Below the pieces are notes generated by a model. It saw only the letters and a program-made list of their open reading frames with translations, searched no databases and was not told the origin of the DNA. A stretch of DNA of 64,000 bases from Eledone cirrhosa (taxonomy: Eukaryota), in contig OZ024741.1 of assembly GCA_964016885.1 (NCBI GenBank), positions 175,088,001 to 175,152,000 of the forward strand, read 5' to 3'. Positions 11,575-24,266 of the stretch are shown here, piece after piece (position 1 is the stretch's first letter; every line of letters starts with the position of its first letter). Both the position numbers and the translations under genes were made by a program.

Positions 11575-11686
11575 TAATTGTTTCTACTTTTGGCACAAGG
11601 CCAGCAATTACCCAATGCATTACTGGTACTTTATTCTATCGACCCCGGAAGGATGAAATGCAAAGTTAACCTCGGCGGGATTTGAA
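11575..11686 (-). mobile_element. Family 1 SINE, 5'-truncated
   Basis: Same core and tail as the cluster at 10708-11322. Confidence 0.8.
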
Positions 11687-11761
11687 TATTTTTAATAATG
11701 ATAATTACACGCAAAGACAACACCACGTTGGGATTGATGAGTTAATATCTGTATACATCAA

Positions 11762-12010
11762 CTACAACGGTACGTGATGGGGCCTACCCACAGCCCCGGC
11801 GGACAGAATGGAGAAGGCATTTCCCCGGAGGACGGCAAGTGAGACGCGCTGGAAAAGCCACTCCAACTCGCGGGGCTCACACCTGCGGCTGGCCAGCTCA
11901 GCGCCTATGGGGGTGAGTAAGGAGGTAGCCCTGGGGCCGAGGACACCAGAAGTCTCCACTGCAAGGGGTACGATCGCAAACCTCTCGGAGAGCGACCGGT
12001 TCGTGTTGTC
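11762..12010 (-). mobile_element. C-terminal RLE region of a CRE-like LINE
   Basis: FAIVPLAVETSGVLGP..LFQRVSLAVLRGNAFSIL is a typical CRE C-terminus. Confidence 0.85.
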
Positions 12011-12132
12011 GGCGACTAAACCGGCAACCCCACTAAGTTTACTTGGTAAGGAGGGTGATTTTGGATACTCTGCAGGACAAAAAAAAAACCCTGACAAAGG
12101 GCGGAAGAACTCACAAGAGTCAACGGCCATCT
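12011..12132 (+). mobile_element. RTE 5'UTR-like fragment related to the bipartite family at 19689-20297
   Basis: GGCGACTAAACCGGCAACCCCAC..GAGGGTGATTTTGGA..GAGTCAACGGCCATC matches the reverse complement of ~20109-20230. Confidence 0.75.
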
Positions 12133-13129
12133 AAAAAAAAAAAAAGAAAGAAAGAAAAATCCTACCAAATCAATGGGTGGCAGTAGTTCCAGCTGCACGC
12201 ATTGAAAGACTGGTGTAGTGGTTCTGAGAACAATGTGGCTTTACAGATGATCAATGCAAATTGATAATGGAAAGGCGCTCCCGCTCGAGTTAGAAGAGAA
12301 CTATTGACCTTCAGGAGAAGCAGCGACCCCTGATTGTATTCAGCAACCAAAACAAATATGAAGTACAGCAAATCCAATGCTTCTAGGGGCGGCCCTGGTT
12401 CTTCTTATTTGTGAATGTAAACTCGGCCAGATTAGATTAGATTAAAATAGTGGGTGTGCAAATTACATCAGTGTAATGGTTAATGTGTAATAATTGTGAG
12501 TGCAATGTTTAGTGTGAAAATTTTGACCGTGTAATATTCAATAAAATGTATGTTTACTGTTAAAGAAGGCATCAATCAAATTCAGACAGGAACAGCAAAG
12601 TATGAAATGTGTATGAAGCATGACCAATTGAGAAGTGTATTTTAATAAATTAAGTGGGACAGTTAATGTTATTTGACTAAGATATATCAAATTGTGTCAC
12701 CCTCGAACAATGACAAAGTGACAAATATTATTCGTTCTGTCTATTGCAACAAAAATTCTAATATTTCCTAACAGGGTTTATCTTTAAATTAGTAAAACAA
12801 AAACATACAAAACAAAAACAAATAAGTAAAAATGCATAAATCAATGAAGAATTCGAGAGCAACTAGTTGAAAATTATTATTGCTTTATCCCATGGGGGTC
12901 ACAGTATCAATAATAATTGTAAAAATACAGTTTATTCTTTTTCCCTTACTTAAAATATCTTTATGGTTGTTTTTTTATTCCTCTTCTTCACATACCTAAA
13001 AAAGTATTTCTTCTTTTTCTTTTTTCTTTTCTTTCTCTTCTCTTCTTCAAACTTATAAAACGTAGCATAAATGGGTTATCCGCAGCGTAAATAGCAAAAA
13101 CAATATTCTTATTATAATGATGATGATGC

Positions 13130-13184
<55 letters not shown>

Positions 13185-13459
13185 CACCAAAAGTACCAAA
13201 CACATTTTTCGGATCAATCTAAAATGATAGTAAAATATAAAAAATACAAATTTCCATATATTTAAATGTAAATGCTGCTTTTATTATCCATTCTGAACCA
13301 CATCTTAGCTTAAGCTCCCACCATTTATATCTGTCATATACTGCAACAACTTCAATCCCTACTTTAAATTTAGATCCGGTTTTGTCACTTCCATCCATAA
13401 GTTGTTTTTGTGGTCGTTACAATATTGTTGCAGCCATTTTAATTGAACAAATGGAGGAT

Positions 13460-13595
13460 TCATCATCATCATCACTCGTCGACTACTGTCGAGATGATGG
13501 ATCTCACTCTCATGCCCCAGAATCCCCTGTCTCCCATCGCTGCCCCCAGGTCCTGTCTGCTGATTCCCGTATCCCTAGAGATAACGTCAGGGAAT
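13460..13595 (-). mobile_element. Extreme 3' end of an RTE-like LINE with (TGA)n tail
   Basis: Translates DVISRDTGISRQDLGAAMGDRGFW..VDE*, similar to the C-terminus at 31400-31500. Confidence 0.65.
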
Positions 13596-13654
13596 GACAG
13601 CTTCCTACTCCTAAAACACTTATACCTGAATTAAATTTATTTATTCATTTTAAC

Positions 13655-13940
13655 ATGGCACAAGGTCAGTTATTTTGAGGAAGGGGAAAATTAAATCGAT
13701 TTTAGTATTTTATTGGTATTTTATTTTATGGACTCTGAAAGGACGACAGGCAAAGTTGATATCGGCTGCATTTGAACTCAGGGCGGAGTAAGTTTTAACT
13801 AATTACCGCAAAGCATTTTGTCCGACGCTCTAACGATAATGCTAATTCACCGCCTATTTTTAATAATTAGGCAGAAAGCCAGCAATTTTGGAGGAGAGAA
13901 AAGTCTATTATATCGACCTTAGTACTTGATTGGTACTAAA
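13655..13940 (-). mobile_element. Diverged family 1 SINE plus a partial copy
   Basis: GGCAAAGTTGA..TTTGAACTCAG core. Confidence 0.7.
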
Positions 13941-14837
13941 TTTTATACCAGTGTGAGTATATTAAGTTATATCTGCATAAATACACACACACACATACAC
14001 ATATATAATAAATGAGAGGGACAGAGAAAAACAAACAATCAGGCAAGAGAAAACGATTTAAAAAAAAAATGATTTACTACCACACCCGCACAAATAAATT
14101 AATCCAAAATGACATACAAAAGGAAATAAACCAGCGTTAAAAAAATAAACACTTCCCCACCTAAACCTCAATCAATCAATCTGACTGACCGTGATACCTC
14201 ACATATTTTAATGCTATAAATTTTCTTGTTTCCATTAACAATATTCACAAAATATGCTCCAAAAATTTACTAAGCTAACAAAACCAAATTTCCTCTAAGA
14301 TATTTGTTGAAAGAAGCAAAACAAATAAAAAATCTAACAAACAAAATAAGAGGAAAAATGAAGACGAAGACTGTTATATTGTAGAGAGTAATCCCCATGA
14401 ATACACATAATTTCAAATGACCGTACACATATCTTCTATAATGTTTAGCAAGGAAACTAAAATTCGTGATTTCAGCACGGATATTTTATGCATTCAGACA
14501 AAAAATATTCTTTTTTAAAGTAGACTTATGTATTTATAAACAAATCATATAAAATCCAAATATTCGTCTGTTTACCCATACGTTGATATTACCAAACCTA
14601 AATAAATAACTACCATTCTACCAGATCAAACCATCCTGTAGCTCTACTAAGCAATTTGTCTAAAATGCTGGAAAATATTATGGGAAATAGATTATCCTAT
14701 TTGGAGACAAAGAATATTTTTTCCAAATTTCAGTTCGGATTTAGAGTGAATAAAGACAATGAAAATTGTGTATATAAACTATTCAAAAATATCAAATAAC
14801 TTGATCTAACTAAATATAATGACATTAGTTAAAACAT

Positions 14838-15023
14838 GGTGGATTGGCAGTATCGGTAGAGGGTCGGACACCATGCTTTCCAGCAGAGTTATGTCCCGTT
14901 ATGTTCTGAGTTCAAATCCCGCCGAGGTTAACTTTGCCTTTCATCCTTACCGGGTCGATAAAATAAAGTACCAGTAACGTACTGGAATAATTACTGGCCT
15001 TGTGCCGAAAGTAGAAACAATTA
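14838..15023 (+). mobile_element. Family 1 SINE
   Basis: Full head with GAGTTCAAATCC B box, core and tail. Confidence 0.85.
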
Positions 15024-15064
15024 TTTAAAACATATCATTATGAAATTCTTAACTATCTTAGCAA

Positions 15065-15330
15065 CTGGGTTGAAAGCTTTCTCACTAAATGAGTGATAGC
15101 AAGTTTTTACATCTACCTCCCTTCTTCTGATGACCGAATGCTGAAGCTGGCGAATTACTGCACTAGCTCATGCAATTCTTGCATTTAATTCAGCTTCTTG
15201 TCTTCCATCATTCATGAACAAGGTCCCAAGATACTTGAACTTTTCGACATACTTCAGTGGAACCCCACTCACGTTTAGAGTGTACTGTGCAGGCTTCCTA
15301 AAGAGGACGAGTGACTCAGTCTTCACAGCT
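15065..15330 (-). mobile_element. RTE-clade RT C-terminal fragment
   Basis: KTESLVLLRKP..VEKFKYLGTLFMNDGRQEAELNARI, with a stop codon. Confidence 0.75.
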
Positions 15331-16124
15331 CTTATTATTATTCTAGATGGGTTCGAACTGGTATCACGATTGGTGAGTGTAGTATCAGCTGGCGGGAATT
15401 TACAGACGACATGGTACTATTTAACTTATCAGAAAGTGACTTCTGACATACACCTGAAAGGTTTGATGCCGTGTCTTTGAAAGAGAGGAAAAGTTGATTA
15501 TATCGACACAGTACATAACTGGTATTTTATTTTATCGACTCCAGACAATGTTTGTCTCAGCAAGATATGAAACCAGAACGTAAAGATCCGTAACTAAATG
15601 CAACAAAGCGTTTTGTTCGGCGCTTTAACGATTCCGTCAACATCCGACCCTCATTGATACTAACTTAAGTATGAAATGTTCGATTCCTTATAAACTTTCA
15701 ATTCGAATCAAACATTTCATACCTAATGACCTGATAATAACATTCCCGGAATCTACAGGATGGGCCATCATTCATTTGATTATTTATAGATCTATTAACA
15801 CAAAATGTTATAAAACAAGTTAAGGAATATAATACCATATACAGGCATAAGATCATGAACAAGATACGGTAAGCACACAAATGTACACATTTAATTAATG
15901 CGCTGCATTGAGGCACATTAAGAAATATAACTAACAAACGAGTCATGAATTCTGGCTCACCCTGTATTTCTTACATTAAACAGCCTGTACTCTACACATG
16001 ATATCATTGTTATGCTCATGTATTTTTCATGGTTGTACGTGATTAGAACTATTTAAGGTGACTACCAGTTGACATTTAGGACTGACTTTAACTTTTGCTG
16101 TGTCACTCACCATCGGTAGAGGGT

Positions 16125-16176
<52 letters not shown>

Positions 16177-16581
16177 TGCTCCCTTATATTGTACTTCGTG
16201 AAATACAGTTATTGAAACACTCATTTTATTGGAATTAAGAATAGTTCAACAATTGTATCTAAATAAAAGCGGGCTCTTGTATTTTTACGGTTGTATTCTT
16301 CATTTTTTCCATATTTCCACACACTAATATATTTACATATAATCCACATCCTCCTATCTCTACCATCTATCACATTTACTTTGTATGTCCTATTCTGTTA
16401 ATTTCATAAACTTGAAGCTTACTAAACGAGATTATATTGAGTTTCTTCTTCAGTTTACATTAATCACTCGTTCTAGTAAAAAAACAAAAGAATCTTTCCT
16501 GTATTCTAACGATTATATCTTCCTAGCTTTCCATACTTTCACGCATATATCTAAGCATTTAATCCATTATTAATACCTTCT

Positions 16582-17200
16582 AGGGCGGTGGATTGGTGGA
16601 CCCGTTACAGCGATGGACAAAATACCTTCCGGTATTTAGTTACGGTGCTTTACATTTTGAGTTCAAATCTCACTTAAGCCAACTCTGCCTTTCATTCTCT
16701 CGGAATCGATAAAATATAGTCCCAGTTAAGTATTGAGATCAATAAAAACAACTTTCTTCTTAACGCATATTGCTAGTCTTGTGTCAAAATTATAATTCTT
16801 TATTAGCGGTGGATTGGCAGTATCAGTAGAGAGTCGGACGCCATGCTTTCCAGCATAGTTACGTCCCTTTACGGTCTGAGTTCAAATCCCGCCGAGGTTA
16901 ACTTTGCCTTTCGTCCTTACGGGGTCGATAAAATAAAGTACCAGTAATGTACTGGTAAATTGCTGGCCTTGTGCCAAAAGTAGAAACAATTATTAATTTC
17001 TTTCTAGGGCAGTGGATTGGCAGTATTGGTAGAGGGTCGGACGCCATGCTTTGCAGCAAAGAGTTACGTCCCTTTATGGTTTGAGTTCAAATCCCGCCAA
17101 GGTTAACTTTGCCTTTCATCCTTACGGGGTCGATAAAATAAAGCACCAGTAATACACTGGGATAATTGCTGGCCTTGTACCAAAAGTAGAAACAATTATT
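16582..17200 (+). mobile_element. Three head-to-tail family 1 SINEs
   Basis: Starts near 16582, 16805 and 17006, each with GGTGGATTGG or AGTGGATTGG and GAGTTCAAATC. Confidence 0.88.
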
Positions 17201-17291
17201 AATTCTTTCTTTAAACATACTTCTATTCTTTTTCACCCATATATAAATATTGTTGGAGCTCTATCTTTTTCGATGAGTGTCCTAATTGATT

Positions 17292-17570
17292 TAATCAACG
17301 GAACTGCCTGCTCGTGAATTTAACGTGTAAGTGGCTGAGCGTTACACTGACACGTGTACCCATAACGTAGTTCACAGGGAGATTCGGCGCGAGACAATGT
17401 GTAAAAGGTTGATTCCTCGAATCAAAGATGCAATTCATTTTTGAGTTGACTGGAGCAACGTGAAATAAAGCGTGTTGGTCAAGAACACAACGCACTGCTC
17501 GGTTAGGGAATCGAACACACGACCTTACAACCGTTAGCCGAATACCCTGACCACTAAGCCTCACACCATA
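17292..17570 (-). mobile_element. tRNA-derived CORE-like SINE (family 2)
   Basis: GTTCGATTCC B box, TTTATTTCACGTTGCTCCAG core, tail CACGAGCAGGCAGTTCCGTTGAT. Confidence 0.75.
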
Positions 17571-17754
17571 TAAACACTTTAATAACGCTATTTTTTCTAT
17601 CGTTACACTTCTGTTAATCACACGATGTAAGTTTTGCACTTTCAACTCTCTGCAGAATATATGAACTTGATAGATATGGAGGCAACCTTTCTTTCTAGTC
17701 GCTTTAGTAATTTCCCCGTCTTTCCCAATGCACATGTACAGATAGTGTATGCAC

Positions 17755-18050
17755 GTGACTTAGTGGTTATATTATTCACATTACGATCGAAATGTCGGAA
17801 GTTCAATTCCTGGTGGCGTGTAGTGCTGTTGAACAAAGTGATTTATTTCACGTTATTTTAATCCAATCGTGGATAAAATAAGTTGTATCTTAATTAAAAG
17901 TGTCAGCCTAGACATAAACTGTGTCACGCTGAATCTTCTTGCGAACTACGTTAAAGGTACATGCAATTGTAGAATGCTATGTCACTTACATGTTAATTTC
18001 ACGAGCAGGCTGTTCCGTTGGTCAAACAACTAGAACCGACGGAGGCCCAA
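17755..18050 (+). mobile_element. Family 2 SINE
   Basis: Diverged homolog of 17292-17570 and 40925-41218. Confidence 0.7.
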
Positions 18051-18091
18051 CCTAATGTATTTAAGTGAATGTTTCCTTTTATCAACATTTA

Positions 18092-18306
18092 TAATAATGG
18101 TTTCTTATATAGGCACAAGGCCAGCAATTTTGGGGGAAGGGGAAAGTCGATTAAATCGACCCCAGTGCGTGACTGGTACTTTATTTTATCGACCCCGTAA
18201 GGATGAAAGGCAAAGCTAACCTCGGTGGGATTTGAACTCAGAACACAAAGGGCCATAACTTTATGTCACTAAGCATGTTGTCTGACGCTCTACCGATTCT
18301 GCTAAT
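18092..18306 (-). mobile_element. Family 1 SINE
   Basis: Matches 11105-11320. Further copies lie near 15485, 21430, 24010, 24905, 31575, 32210, 36520, 53180, 54862 and 61210. Confidence 0.85.
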
Positions 18307-18354
18307 GCGAATTCTTGTCTGCGTCCCCATCGGAAAATATGATAAATGCGAATT

Positions 18355-18392
<38 letters not shown>

Positions 18393-19158
18393 ACATGGCT
18401 TTCTGGTTTATAGACTCAGCCACATGGGATCTATTCCAACATAACACGCATATTTGGAATCAGGGGAATTCCAGGAGTATTTCTATGTTGCTTTGTTCCA
18501 CCGCGCTACGTGACAAATTCTAACCACCCTACGACTTCTTTAGTTCTTACGATTAACAAAATGTGGACTACGAAGTATAACAACTGTAGCAGACTGCAAA
18601 CAAACTGGATATCGATACGTAAATTACGAAACATACTTACACAAGTATACTGACACAAACTGCCTGGAGGTCGGTATTTCTGCTGGTTTCAAATAAGAAA
18701 ATAAGAGATATTTTTGAAATATTTCTCTGCCGTAAAATTTCTCTTGAGCCATCAAACATTTATTATTACTATTTTCTAGTTTTTCTCTCTTCTTCTTGGT
18801 CCAGTTTATTTAGCGTTATTCACACGGTTGCTCTTTGAACCTTATTCGTAAACTTATTCGTTTTTCAGGTTAGTAACCGCTTGTCTTTAGATACTAACAT
18901 CAAGCTATATAAATTTTAATAAGATTACCATCATGTTCTGTTTGTATGTAGGTATAATACACAGTGTGCGTGTGTATGTATGTATGTATGTATGTATGTA
19001 TGTATGTATGTATCATGCTCTCTCTGTATGTCCGTTGCCTCCTGCTCGAATGTATTTTCCTCCTCTGCATTGACGTTTGAACTGTTTCATCTTTGTGTGA
19101 ATTTTAATATTAAAATATGTGTGACTGTCCATCTTTGTTTATAGATTTGTGTGCGTGC

Positions 19159-19226
<68 letters not shown>

Positions 19227-19489
19227 GCATATGTATATATCTGTGTACATCTGTTTGTATATGTATATATTTGCTTATAAGTATATATACGTATTTATGC
19301 ATATGTATATATCTGTGTACATCTGTTTGTATATGTATATATTTGCTTATAAGTATATATACGTATTTATGCATATGTATGTATGCAAATGTATGTTATA
19401 TTTATCAAAATATGTGTTGGGATGAGATAAATCTCTGTAAACAAGTATATATACATATTTATGTGCATATTTGTTGAAATATCTTGCAG

Positions 19490-19554
<65 letters not shown>

Positions 19555-19573
19555 CATACATACATATATATAT

Positions 19574-19666
<93 letters not shown>

Positions 19667-19688
19667 CATACGTACATATATATATATA

Positions 19689-20297
19689 TGGTGGCTGCCA
19701 ACTCGTTTTCGAGTACGGCCACTACTTTATATCCATGTAGGAGAACCCCTACCGATGCGCTGAACGAGTGTGACTTTTTAGTCCAGCCAGCGACTTGAAA
19801 ACTCTGGTACAAACACTACACTTGTGACAATTACTGACACATAGTGCTGGGCCCATGGTACCATGTGACGACAAGTGCAGAGAGATCTCCAGATATAAAG
19901 CAATGCCTGTGCCGTGAAGCTTTTATAGTGAGCAAAGGCACTGCACAAAGCCAGTCCCACTCTCTTAACCAAGATGATATTTACCAAAAAGAAGAACAAG
20001 TCAACATCATTGGATACCATCAGGGTTGCAGGTGTTATATCAGAGTTTTCCTTCTCCTAGAATTCTGCCTTGACAAAGGCTAAGGGGTCATCTCTCCCGG
20101 TGATTTTGGATGGCCATTGACTCTTAAGAGCTCCTTTGCCCTTTGACAGGTTTTGTTTTTAGTCCTGCAGGATGTCCAAAGTCACCCTCCTCACCAAGAA
20201 ACCTTGGTGGGGTTGCCAGTTTAGTCGCCAACGACCCGACCATGGGACAGGTTGTACTGGGATACATGTTACCAGTAGCACCAACTGGTGACCTGAC
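19689..20297 (-). mobile_element. Bipartite non-autonomous RTE derivative (5'UTR fused to ORF2 C-terminus), copy 1
   Basis: Minus strand has the RTE-UTR-like motif TAGGAGAAGGAAAACTCTGA and ends in C2H2 [23 protein letters not shown], a short UTR and (TA)n. Confidence 0.72.
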
Positions 20298-20325
20298 ATA
20301 AATATATATATATATACATACATAC

Positions 20326-20372
<47 letters not shown>

Positions 20373-20378
20373 CATACG

Positions 20379-20415
<37 letters not shown>

Positions 20416-20426
20416 ATATACATACA

Positions 20427-20984
20427 TGGTGGCTGCCAACTCGTTTTCGAGTACGGCCACTACTTTATATCCATGTAGGAGAACCCCTACCGATGCGCTG
20501 AACGAATGTGACTTTAGTCCAGCCAGCGACTTGAAAACTCTGGTACAAAGACTACACTTGTGACCATTATTGACACATAGTGCAGGGCCCATGGTACCAT
20601 GTGATGACAAGTGCAGAGAGATCTCCAGATATAAAGCAATGCCTGTGCTGTGAAGCTTTTATAGTGAGCAAAGGCACTGCACAAAGCCAGTCCCACTCTC
20701 TTAACCAAGATGATATTTACCAAAAAGAAGAACAGGTCAACATCATTGGATACCATCAGGATTGCAGGTGTTATATCAGAGTTTTCCTTCTCCTAGAATT
20801 CTGCCTTGACAAAGGCTAAGGGGTCATCTCTCCCGGTGATTTTGGATGGCTATTGACTCTTAAGAGCTCCCTTGCCCTTTGACAGGTTTTGTTTTTAGTC
20901 CTGCAGGATGTCCAAAGTCACCCTCCTCACCAAGAAACCTTGGTGGGGTTGCCAGTTTAGTCGCCAACGACCCGACCATGAGAC
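20427..20984 (-). mobile_element. Bipartite RTE derivative, copy 2
   Basis: Near-identical to copy 1, same 3' end, shorter 5' end. Confidence 0.75.
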
Positions 20985-21007
20985 ATATACATACATACAT
21001 ACATACA

Positions 21008-21054
<47 letters not shown>

Positions 21055-21680
21055 GTTTTGTGCGTATATGTGTGTGTATGTACATGTATTAATACACAAG
21101 AGATTTTTCTCACAAGCAAAAAAAATATGCGTTTCTAATAAACACAGGTTAGTATTTCCGTATATAGTTATTTACATCTGCTTCTACTTATATCAGTGTA
21201 AAAGTGTATATATTCTGTATTCTTTTTCTATTCTTTATGTCTAGTCGGTGTTTATAGAAGTGCTGGTAGCATAGATTCTTGTAATTATTCACTTATATTT
21301 GATTTTATAGTGTTGTATTTATATATTTTTGAAGAATGCAGCAACTTCAGTTACAGAATTTTTAACTCCCAAGAAATTTGAATACCTATCTATTTATGGC
21401 TTTGCTTATTTGTAAACATATTATATAAGGTAGGGAATTGACAGAGAACATTGGCTAGAATGCTTTGAATTATTAATTTCGTTGTTCGTGATCTGAGTTC
21501 AAATGTAGCCGAGGTCAACTTAGCTTTTTAACCACCCGAAGTTGATAAAGTACCATTCCAGTATTGGGGTCAATTGTTCCTCTACATCTCTTCCTCACTT
21601 TATCTCTGTGGAAAAAATCGGTGCTATTCAGGCCTAGAGTTCTTTTCTTCTCACATATGAGGCTGTAGCTGACTCTGCTT

Positions 21681-21754
21681 GTTGCCATTCGCCTGATGGT
21701 GACCAGAGATCAGTTTCCAGGGCTCACTGTGAGGATGTCGACAACCTGGGCCCC
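21681..21754 (-). ncRNA. HDV-like ribozyme in a LINE (RTE-like) 5'UTR fragment (~21626-21825)
   Basis: P1 GGGGCCC/GAGCCCT, P2 GTTGTCG/TGGCAAC, P3 ACa/aGT, L3 TCCTCAC, P1.1 GG, P4 CTGAT/ATCAG, J4/2 GCGAA. Two mismatches. Confidence 0.75.
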
Positions 21755-22134
21755 TTCAGACGTAGAGAAGGATGGGTTCCGTTAGGTTTAAAGTCATATG
21801 TCACGGGGGCATCCCTATACCCCGCTTAATGGAAAATTTATTTACTTGCATAATTTGCAAAATACCTCTATATGAGTTTTTCTTAATTGCCTCCCTTTCT
21901 CAATATAAACTAACATCCCTGAGTAATTAAATGTCAACCCTAAAAAAGGCAACTTTTAATATAATAAACCGTCCACCACAAACAAAGCAATCATGAAATA
22001 ATTAATTCATGTCTAATCAAAACAACCTGAAGCCCATAACCAAGAAATAAATCTAAATCCTATTTAAATATCTCCAATATAGACGATTGTGTAATATGAA
22101 ACAAATTGGTACGAAGTGAACAAACTTCATCAGG

Positions 22135-22136
<2 letters not shown>

Positions 22137-22193
<57 letters not shown>

Positions 22194-22198
22194 CACGC

Positions 22199-22265
<67 letters not shown>

Positions 22266-22288
22266 CATGCACACAAGGACACACACAG

Positions 22289-22319
<31 letters not shown>

Positions 22320-22346
22320 CATGCACACAAGGACACACGCAGACAT

Positions 22347-22385
<39 letters not shown>

Positions 22386-22425
22386 CATGCACACACACAC
22401 ACACACGGACATGCACACAAGGACA

Positions 22426-22463
<38 letters not shown>

Positions 22464-22636
22464 CACGCACACACACACACACACACACGGACATGCACAC
22501 ACACACGGACATGCACACAAGGACACACACACAGAGACATGCACACACACACACACGGACATGCACACATACACACACACGGACATGCACACACACACAC
22601 ACGGACATGCACACAAGGACACACACACAGAGACAT

Positions 22637-22675
<39 letters not shown>

Positions 22676-23127
22676 CATACACACAGACACACACACAGAC
22701 ATGCACAGACACACACACACACACGGACATGCACACAGACACACACACAGACATGCACACACACACACACGGACATGCACACAAGAACACACACACACAC
22801 ACACACATGGACATGCACACACACACACACGGACATGCACACAAGGACAGACACACACACACACACACGGACACACACACACACACACACACGGACACGC
22901 ACACACACACACACACACACGGGCATGCACACACACACACACACGGACATGCACACAAGGACACACACACAGAGACATGCACACACACACACGGACATGC
23001 ACACAGACACACACACGGACATGCACACACACACACACGGACATGCACACAAGGACACACACACAGAGACATGCACACACACACACACACACGGACATGC
23101 ACACAGACACACACACAGACATGCACA

Positions 23128-23161
<34 letters not shown>

Positions 23162-23707
23162 CATGCACACAGACACACACACAGACATGCACACACACAC
23201 ACACACACACGGACATGCACACAAGAACACACACACCCACACACACGCACACACGGACATGCACACAAGGACACACACACACACACGGACATGCACACAA
23301 GGACACACACACACACACACAGACATGCACACAAGGACACACACACAGAGACATGCACACAAGGACACCCATACATACACACAGACATGCACGGACACAG
23401 ACACACAGGCACACACACAAACACACGTACACACACACAAACACACACACACATACGGACACACACACACACACACACACACACAGAGACATGCACACGC
23501 ACGTTCACAGACGCACACACAAACATACGTACACACACACACACACAAACACACATACACATACGGACACGCACAGACACAGACAAACATAGAGAAATGG
23601 ACCCCCCCCACACACATACATACACACAGACAGACACACACACATACACATACGGATACAGACACACGTACACACACACAAACACACATGGACACACAGA
23701 CACACAC
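22137..23707. repeat. Compound (CA)n-derived minisatellite with recurring GGACATG, AAGG and GAGACATG interruptions
   Basis: Directly visible. It is the source of the spurious HT/CV ORFs. Confidence 0.95.
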
Positions 23708-23977
23708 TTTACAATATTATCAAACAGTTATAAAGCGTATGTCGAATCGATAAGATAAAGTGAGAAGAGGTAAATTATGTTAAAATGAAATGAACTGAAA
23801 TTCTAAAGAAATAAACTAAAATAATTTATACCCAGGAGACAAGATAAATGTCTTATGAGAAATGAACGAGTAAATGAAGAATAACAACGTAAATGAATAG
23901 AAAATCACGAATGGAAGTCCTGAAGTTCATAAGGGTTTCTTCTTCTTCTTCTTCTTCTTCTTCTTCTTCTTCTTCTT

Positions 23978-24013
<36 letters not shown>

Positions 24014-24266
24014 AAGCGCAAAGTTGATCTTGGCAGACTTTGAACTCAGAAGGCAGAAAGCCTGGACAATAGAGCAAGCATTCAATTCAATATTCTAACG
24101 ACTCAGCCAGTTCGCCGCCTATATATTTACCTCTTCTTCTTCTTCTTCTTCTTCTTCTTCTTCTTCTTCTTCTTCTTCTTCTTCTTCTTCTTCTTCTTCT
24201 TCTTCTTTTTTCTTTTTTCTTTCTTTTTAAAAAATACTGACTGAATTATGAAGAAAAATGCTTTGG

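Noticed and set aside
15120-15160. CTGATGA as a hammerhead core
   Set aside because: It lies antisense within RT coding sequence and has no GAAA or stems.
16805-16900. tRNA genes
   Set aside because: The A/B boxes belong to SINE heads that continue into shared cores and tails; no cloverleaf forms.
22053-23758. 440-550-aa His/Thr and Cys/Val ORFs, and all YI/HT/CV ORFs elsewhere
   Set aside because: They are stop-free translations of dinucleotide repeats.
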